Origin: Planctomycetota bacterium
GTDB lineage: Bacteria; Planctomycetota; UBA8108; SXIK01
Assembly (NCBI GenBank): GCA_965223845.1
Contig: CBDCXR010000004.1
Location: 1,536,001-1,600,000 of the forward strand
DNA: 64,000 nucleotides
Reading direction: 5' to 3'
Shown: positions 56,301 through 64,000 of the stretch, one piece after another
Layout: the number at the start of each line of letters is the position of its first letter
Numbering within the stretch: position 1 is the first letter of the stretch
Translations under genes and position numbers: made by a program
Notes under the pieces: generated by a model
Database searches by the model: none
What the model was told of the DNA's origin: nothing
What the model saw: only the letters and a program-made list of their open reading frames with translations

Positions 56301-56504
56301 ACCGATGTTCGTGATGGTCCACTTCGATCCGGTCTCGAGAGGTTCGTTCTCTTCGACGAGCCTCCACTCGCCGATATCTTCGACTTCGAAGTCGTCGAGG
56401 TAGGACTCGAAGTCCTCCTCGAGGAAGATCGCTTGCGCGACGAGGGGACTAGACGATACGAACGTAGAGAAGAACACCACGAGGACTTGATCGATACGAC
56501 TCAT
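53322..56504 (-). CDS. Secreted acidic multidomain protein (duplicated MAM/cleaved-adhesin-like pairs, two Fn3/Ig-like domains, C-terminal dockerin-like domain)
   Basis: Signal peptide; internal duplication (FMISDSD...GSGMSHDLW.P and GRLHVDLS...RIRQFEPDD.WWIA.DNV both twice); FRRGDPNDSG..NIAD...DVNGD...VADPIYLL tail. Confidence 0.82.
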   Translation of the reverse strand: MSRIDQVLVVFFSTFVSSSPLVAQAIFLEEDFESYLDDFEVEDIGEWRLVEENEPLETGSKWTITNIGARPNPPDASGIPGEFSQFMISDSDASGSADEQGSGMSHDLWSPPFDTIGSDVVWLHFDCTAILNNNGLGVFDIDASSDDGETWTNLFRRVAPARTAFAPTVSTENCNGFHGRLHVDLSSVAANTENARFRIRQFEPDDEWWIAVDNVLVDDVPPPLGGEVPLLSASFTGGIPSTWTIVSEPGNEGDNSWTSNDACTRNLIAFNGGTFPDGDDGRRMHRIHGDFALIDPACSTAIVNDRLISPAVDATNATAVYVSWKEEIRGTDSPTTYEVAVSYDGGATFEEPIFSFDTSVYGGAGDEDPFYAERAFRLEGAEGQSTVSIGFLYAPSATPGWVAIDDVVISADGEIDARTCASQAFEVEAYDATSNSISMTWRGLPGDAAYRVLADGVDLSGELAAEVRSFTHAAPPPGSTITYSLETIVGGAVDFTCEAPPVSAFVCPAEIRGCVQGGALRLEWEPGANLAGEAVRVRRGGEVVATLPLEASSFEDSPRGGQYVYQVDVSGGSSCTSALEYFAAVPGDGVLFAENFDCFESDEDVTAAGWRVLEVNEPNETGSRWTVTNPGGRANPPVLDGTPSQGAFMISDSDWSGGTDSTGSGMSHDLWTPSIDATGVDSVWLQLDCSAQLNNNGFVVFDIDVSSDAGETWENAFRRVAPARGGAVPEPSNENTDGYFGRLHVDLSDFAPGGPFLVRIRQFEPDDDWWIAIDNVVVSTRGPPGGEEDVLPNETFEDGVPDEWLSIHADGDDGRWAAEDLCFRQIPEGISEQGINRIGQSFALVDAECDGLNPFDEFLITPAIDCSDVVGVTLHFDSEVLASEAAVERVLLSVDGGETFLDRPLFSYAGGGLFDSREEPFFATRALPVPAADGQDGVAFAFHYRSAPAAGWWAITNVRVSGTTEETELRFRRGDPNDSGSANIADAIGSLNHLFGDAPLQVCPEAMDVNGDSAFNVADPIYLLNFLFGDGDPPVTPGHLECGPDEDPESSLGCDRYVSC

Positions 56505-58056
56505 GGCCGCGCCCTCCATCCCAACTGAGTACCGAGCCGATCGTGCACTCCGTGCGGCAGCGCGAGCCGCCGGCTGGTCCGTACACCTGTTTCCAGGCTA
56601 CCTCGTGGGCGCACGGCGAGATCGGGAAATCTCTCCGCTCTCGGCCGCGGCGAGCTGGCGGGCGAGATTCGCGCGGGTCGGTGGCGCGGGACTTCTCGTA
56701 GCGGTCGTCGGCTCGAGCTGGAGCTTCGCATTCGGGAGTGGAGACCTCGGCGAGCGGGACGGCTCGGCGCGAGCGAGTGAACGACTGCGCGAGATCGATC
56801 GCGAGATCGGCCGCGCGCCGAGCGGGGACGGTCTACTCGAGCTCCGCACGGAGCGGGCACGGCTGCTCCTCGCGCTCGGTCGTTACCCAGAGGCGGAGCG
56901 AGACGCGCGCGCCCTGATCGCGAAGAGCGAGTCGCGCGTGCCTCTCCTCACGGCGAACCGCCTCACGCTCGCGGACGCCCTCCGGCGACAGGGCGACGCC
57001 GAGACGGCGTCGGGGATCCTCACCGCGCTTCTCGCGGAATCGCCGAGCGATGAAGCCAGGCGCCTCCTCGCGCGGATCTATCTGAGCGAGCGCCGGTACG
57101 CAGACGCAGGGGCCGTCGCCGATGAGATCGAGCACGCGCGGAACGACGATCCTCTCGTGCGTTTCGCGCGAGGGGCGCGCGCGGCGAAACACGGACCACC
57201 CGAGCTAGCCGTCGACGATCTTCGGGCTGCGGCACGGTCCCCGGAGTGGGAGCGCGCCGCGCGGTTCGAGCTCGCGCTCGCTTGGGGGCGCCTCGGACGC
57301 CCGGTCGACGCGCTCCGCGAGCTGGTCACGTTGGCGGAACGCGACCCGTTCGACCTCGAGGTCTGTTACCAAGTTTCGCGCCAACTCGTCCGCAGTCGGC
57401 GGGGCGGTTCGATCGAGAAAGCCGCACTCGTCACGCGGTACTTCGAGTTCCTGAAGGAAAGCGCCGGGCCGTCGTCGCGCGCCGAGCACCTCGCTCGAAG
57501 CGGAGATCGCGCCGGTGCACTCGCGGAGTCGGCGGCGGCGGCCGAGCGGAGCGGAGACACCGAGCGCGCCGTCCGATTCGCCGTGCGGGCTCTAAGCGCG
57601 GCCGGGACGGTCGAAGCGCGAACCGCGGCGGCGCTTCTCCTCGTTCGCTTCGATCTTCTCCACGTTGCTTCGACTCAGGGGGGCGCTGGGATCGACCGAG
57701 CGGTTGTCACCGGCGCCGTGGACCGAGCTCGGGCGCGCATCGCCTCGAGCACGCCGCCTCTCGCCGCACTGCGTCTCGCCGTAGCGAGTGCGAAGTGGGA
57801 ACGACTGGACTCGGCGATCGCACCATTCCTCGCGCCGAAGAGAATCGATCCCGGCAGCGCCGATCGCGCGGCGAAGATCCTCCTTGCTCGCGAGCCGAGG
57901 CACGCAGGGGCGCTCCGCCATCTCGCCGAGCGGACTCGAACTCCGGAACTCATCGTCCCGCACCTTCACTTCGTTCGGCGGCTCGCGGATGTCGACCGAT
58001 CGCCCGATCGGCTCCGCGAGCTCGATCGCGTGCGGGGCTGGTTTCTCGGCGATTGA
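56503..58056 (+). CDS. TPR-repeat protein
   Basis: Ala/Arg-rich helical repeats (LGRYPEAE, QGDAETA, LGRPVDAL) after a hydrophobic N-terminal segment; true start probably downstream. Confidence 0.6.
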   Translation: MAAPSIPTEYRADRALRAAARAAGWSVHLFPGYLVGARRDREISPLSAAASWRARFARVGGAGLLVAVVGSSWSFAFGSGDLGERDGSARASERLREIDREIGRAPSGDGLLELRTERARLLLALGRYPEAERDARALIAKSESRVPLLTANRLTLADALRRQGDAETASGILTALLAESPSDEARRLLARIYLSERRYADAGAVADEIEHARNDDPLVRFARGARAAKHGPPELAVDDLRAAARSPEWERAARFELALAWGRLGRPVDALRELVTLAERDPFDLEVCYQVSRQLVRSRRGGSIEKAALVTRYFEFLKESAGPSSRAEHLARSGDRAGALAESAAAAERSGDTERAVRFAVRALSAAGTVEARTAAALLLVRFDLLHVASTQGGAGIDRAVVTGAVDRARARIASSTPPLAALRLAVASAKWERLDSAIAPFLAPKRIDPGSADRAAKILLAREPRHAGALRHLAERTRTPELIVPHLHFVRRLADVDRSPDRLRELDRVRGWFLGD

Positions 58057-58095
58057 GGCCCTTCCGCGAAGGGATCAGGCTTGCGCGCGAAGGGG

Positions 58096-59325
58096 TCAGG
58101 CGTCCAGTGATTGCTTCAGAGTCGTCTCGATCGCGTCGAGAAACTCATCCGTCGTGACGAACGATTCGGCCGGGGGCCGCGTCGTCTTGTGAATCGCGAC
58201 GGCGAGATCCTTTGTCATCGTCCCGCTTTCGATCGTCGACACGCACGCCCGCTCGAGCGTCTTCGCAAACTCGCTGACGGCCGGCGTTCCGTCGAGTCGG
58301 CCGCGGTGCGCGAGGCCGCGAGTCCACGCGTAGATGCTCGCGACGGGGTTGGTGCTCGTCGGGTTCCCTTTCTGGTGCTCGCGATAGTGGCGCGTCACTG
58401 TTCCGTGCGCAGCCTCCGCCTCGATCGTCTCACCGTCGGGACACATGAGGACCGAAGTCATGAGACCGAGAGAGCCGAAGCCCTGCGCGACCGTGTCCGA
58501 CTGCACGTCGCCATCGTAGTTCTTGCACGCCCAGACGATGCCGCCGTCCCACTTGAGCACTTGTGCGACCATGTCGTCGATCAAGCGGTGCTCGTAAGTG
58601 ATCCCCGCCGCGGAGAACCGGTCGGCAAACTCGCGTTCGAACACCTCGGCGAAGATGTCGCGGAACCGGCCGTCGTAGGTTTTGAGGATCGTGTTCTTCG
58701 TGCTCAGGTAGACGGGGTAGCCTTCCTGAAGACCGTAGTTCATGCAGGACCGCGCAAAGTCCGCGATCGACGCGTCGGTGTTGTACATTCCGAGCGCGAC
58801 GCCGGGGCCGTCGAACTCGTGAATCGTCCAGTCGCTCGCGTCGCCGCCAGTCGGCTCGTACACGAGTCGCAGCTTCCCGGGGCCGGGTACGCGGATGTCG
58901 GTCGCGCGGTACTGATCCGCGTGCGCGTGACGGCCGACGACGATCGGCTTCTTCCACGCGGGGACGAGCCGCGGCACGTTCGTGCAGAGAATCGGCGCGC
59001 GAAACACCGTCCCCCCGAGAAAGTTTCGAATCGTGCCGTTCGGACTCCTCCACATCTTCTTCAGTCCGAATTCTTCGACCCGGTCTTCGTCCGGAGTGAT
59101 GGTGGCGCATTTCACGCCGACCTTGTGCTCGCGGATCGCCTTTGCGGCGTCGAGAGTGATCTCGTCCTCCGTCTCGTCCCGCTTCTGAATCGAGAGGTCG
59201 AAGTAGCGGAGATCGATCTCGAGAAACGGAAGGAGAAGCTTCGCTTTGATCTTCTCCCAGATGATGCGGGTCATCTCGTCGCCGTCGAGCTCGACGACAG
59301 GGCCCGAGACGCGGATTTTGCTCAT
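58096..59325 (-). CDS. icd: NADP-dependent isocitrate dehydrogenase (type II, eukaryote-like subfamily)
   Basis: [71 protein letters not shown]. Confidence 0.96.
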   Translation of the reverse strand: MSKIRVSGPVVELDGDEMTRIIWEKIKAKLLLPFLEIDLRYFDLSIQKRDETEDEITLDAAKAIREHKVGVKCATITPDEDRVEEFGLKKMWRSPNGTIRNFLGGTVFRAPILCTNVPRLVPAWKKPIVVGRHAHADQYRATDIRVPGPGKLRLVYEPTGGDASDWTIHEFDGPGVALGMYNTDASIADFARSCMNYGLQEGYPVYLSTKNTILKTYDGRFRDIFAEVFEREFADRFSAAGITYEHRLIDDMVAQVLKWDGGIVWACKNYDGDVQSDTVAQGFGSLGLMTSVLMCPDGETIEAEAAHGTVTRHYREHQKGNPTSTNPVASIYAWTRGLAHRGRLDGTPAVSEFAKTLERACVSTIESGTMTKDLAVAIHKTTRPPAESFVTTDEFLDAIETTLKQSLDA

Positions 59326-59394
59326 GTCGGTACTCTCTCCGGCGGCGCGGTGGAATCCGGTGAACAGCCCGGGCTCCGTCGACGAAAGCCCGCG

Positions 59395-59423
59395 ATTGTA
59401 GCGACGCCCTCGGAGAGGGGCAA
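59395..59423 (-). promoter_or_regulatory. Sigma70 promoter for icd: TTGCCC-N17-TACAAT
   Basis: Minus strand ttgccc-ctctccgagggcgtcgc-tacaat about 70 nt upstream of the icd ATG. Confidence 0.55.
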
Positions 59424-59621
59424 GCGGAGGGGGCGAGTGGAGCCCGAGAAGGCCCCGATTCGGGCCGCATGAGTCCCTGTCCGCGGGGATCACGGACGGT
59501 GAACGTGAGTCCATGAACGCCGCGTCGTCCCGAAGGGACGGTGGGGCTGAAGTCGACAGGAGCGCACGTGACCGCGACGCGAGTCGGAGGCTCTCGCGTC
59601 GCGGACACGGGGCGATCGACC

Positions 59622-62279
<2,658 letters not shown>

Positions 62280-62320
62280 GCCTTCACCTCCGTTGCGGGA
62301 TTCGGTTGGGAAGTAGAATC

Positions 62321-62335
62321 GCAATCTGCGTGCCA
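62321..62335 (-). promoter_or_regulatory. Sigma54 (-24/-12) promoter upstream of clpB
   Basis: Minus strand TGGCACGCAGATTGC matches TGGCACG-N4-TTGC, about 40 nt before the ATG, with an AT-rich tract upstream. Confidence 0.75.
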
Positions 62336-62557
62336 CGAGATCGGAAGCTATAAACCCCTTAAATTTAAGAAGATAGGTGAGTGGCGAGAAGAGTGGGGCT
62401 GCCGATGTGGCAGTTCTGGTTCGCGCGGAGAGCCTGGGCTTGAGGGTGGGAGCCATATTGGCAGTCGAGCGGCCGCACGCGGGGCAGGTGCGGAAGCCGG
62501 GGCCCGCGGTTGCGGCCGCCAACGGGTTGGGACCGATCGACGCCTCAGGGTCGTCGA

Positions 62558-63961
62558 TCAGAGCTCTTTGACCTCGGCGGCGAGGTTCGAGAGCGACGCC
62601 TTCGCGTCGCCGAAGAGCATGCGCGTATTCGGGTGGTAGAAGAGCTCGTTGTCGATCCCGGCGAACCCGGGGTTCATGCTGCGCTTCAGAACGACGATGC
62701 TCTTCGCCTCGTCGACGTTCAGGATCGGCATGCCGTAGATCGGGCTCGTCGGATTGTCGCGCGCCGCTGGATTGACCACGTCGTTGGCGCCGACGACGAT
62801 CACCACGTCCGCCGACGAGAACTCGGAGTTGATCGAGTCCATGTCGTAGAGCTGTTCGTACGGAACGTCCGCCTCGGCGAGAAGGACGTTCATGTGGCCC
62901 GGCATCCTTCCGGCGACCGGATGGATCGCGTACTTCACCTCGACGTCGCGTTCCTCGAGGAGGGTCGCGAGCTCGCGCACTTGTCGCTGCGCCTGCGCGA
63001 CGGCCAGCCCGTAGCCGGGAACGAAGACAACGAGCCGCGCGTATCCGATGAGGAGGGCGACATCGTCCGCCTGGACGTCGCGCACCGTGCGATCGCGATC
63101 GCCGTCGACCGCGCCGCCGGTCGCACCGGAACCGAACGCGCTGAAGAGGACGTTTCCGAGCGACCGATTCATCGCGCGGCACATGATCTGAGTGAGAATG
63201 AGTCCCGAAGCACCGACGAGCGCGCCGCAGATGACGAGTGCGCTGTTCGAGATGACGAACCCGGTAATCGCCGCTGCGACGCCGGAGAACGAATTGAGGA
63301 GGGAAATCACGACGGGCATGTCGGCGCCACCGATCGGAATGACGAAAAGAACGCCGAATACGAGAGACGCGATGAGGAGCAAGCTGAAGACGTCGCCCCG
63401 GGGAGCTGCACCCGAGAGGAACGCGATTCCTCCGATGACCGCGAGGAAGAGCGCGAAGTTTGCGAGTCGCTGAAAGGGGTACGTGATCGGACGGCCGGTC
63501 ATCAGCTCCTGGAGCTTCGCGAACGCGACCACGCTTCCCGAGAGGGTGATGCTCCCGACGACGGCTCCGAGCTGGATCGAGAGGCCGAGCGCGAGCTCGG
63601 GCTCCGCTTCGCGGGGGAGTTGGGCATACGTCGCCGCGGCAACGAGTGCCGAGGCACCGCCGCCGAAGCCGTTGAAGAGCGCGACCATCTGCGGCATGGC
63701 GGTCATCTGGACCTTCCGTGCCATCACGGCGCCGATGCCCGAGCCGACGACGACGCCGGCGAGGATCAGCCAGAGAGACTTCGCGGCGACGAGAGGTTCA
63801 CCGCTCTCCGAACGCGCCAGCAGCGTCGCGATGACTGCGACAAACATTCCGACCGCGGCGAGGAGATTCCCCCGGCGAGCGGTCTTCGGGGAGCCGAGAC
63901 GCTTCAGCGCCAGGATGAAGAGAACCGCAGCCGCGAGGTAGGAGAGTTGAATGAACGCCAC
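62558..63961 (-). CDS. pntB: NAD(P) transhydrogenase subunit beta
   Basis: MTAMPQMVALFNG.GG, IGGADMPVVISLLNS.SG, MCRAMNRS, PGYGLAVAQAQ, HPVAGRMPGHMNVLLAEA, GANDVVNP. Confidence 0.96.
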   Translation of the reverse strand: MAFIQLSYLAAAVLFILALKRLGSPKTARRGNLLAAVGMFVAVIATLLARSESGEPLVAAKSLWLILAGVVVGSGIGAVMARKVQMTAMPQMVALFNGFGGGASALVAAATYAQLPREAEPELALGLSIQLGAVVGSITLSGSVVAFAKLQELMTGRPITYPFQRLANFALFLAVIGGIAFLSGAAPRGDVFSLLLIASLVFGVLFVIPIGGADMPVVISLLNSFSGVAAAITGFVISNSALVICGALVGASGLILTQIMCRAMNRSLGNVLFSAFGSGATGGAVDGDRDRTVRDVQADDVALLIGYARLVVFVPGYGLAVAQAQRQVRELATLLEERDVEVKYAIHPVAGRMPGHMNVLLAEADVPYEQLYDMDSINSEFSSADVVIVVGANDVVNPAARDNPTSPIYGMPILNVDEAKSIVVLKRSMNPGFAGIDNELFYHPNTRMLFGDAKASLSNLAAEVKEL

Positions 63962-64000
63962 CGAAATCGTTTCCCTCGAGTGTCGTCGAGCCCCGACTCA

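Noticed and set aside
49485-58056. Genomic island integrated at tRNA-Arg
   Set aside because: No integrase, no repeated tRNA 3' end and no visible compositional shift; the tRNA is followed by its own terminator

Overview
High-GC bacterial chromosome segment, most likely Planctomycetota. This is an inference from an ASPIC/UnbV FG-GAP protein, a C-terminal FRRGDxN dockerin-like tail, an Amuc_1100/1101-like PilMN/PilO pair and a CPCG cupin. No CRISPR array, rRNA, integrase or transposase is visible. Housekeeping genes include aroK, queG, acyP, an M24 peptidase, a Rid-family protein, an hpnD-like synthase, mlaEFD, dacB, holA, a PTS EIIA, tRNA-Arg(CCG), a GT9, icd, clpB and pntB. The window holds two type IV filament loci. 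Locus 1 (839-13248) is pilD, an OmpA lipoprotein, pilT-pilB-pilC-pilS-pilR and a GT-C glycosyltransferase sitting where pilA usually lies. Locus 2 (26184-46994) is an FHA-GAF-sigma54 activator, a double-FHA transmembrane protein, a PilM-PilN fusion, PilO-like and small proteins, a large TPR protein and five pilins in the order G-H-K-J-I. The best candidate for an undescribed system is locus 2. Its minor pilins carry inserted domains: a LamG in the H-like pilin, and a ~2160-aa K-like pilin with a LamG plus about seven degenerate copies of a beta module (…FP..G.v.ig.E.i.Y…RG..GT…H..G..V). One clean copy of that module is also inserted in the J-like pilin, and it resembles a module I associate with phage tail/baseplate proteins. 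Also notable are a consensus sigma54 promoter upstream of clpB and a compensated A19-U56 elbow pair in tRNA-Arg. All calls come from motif reading only; no database searches were run.
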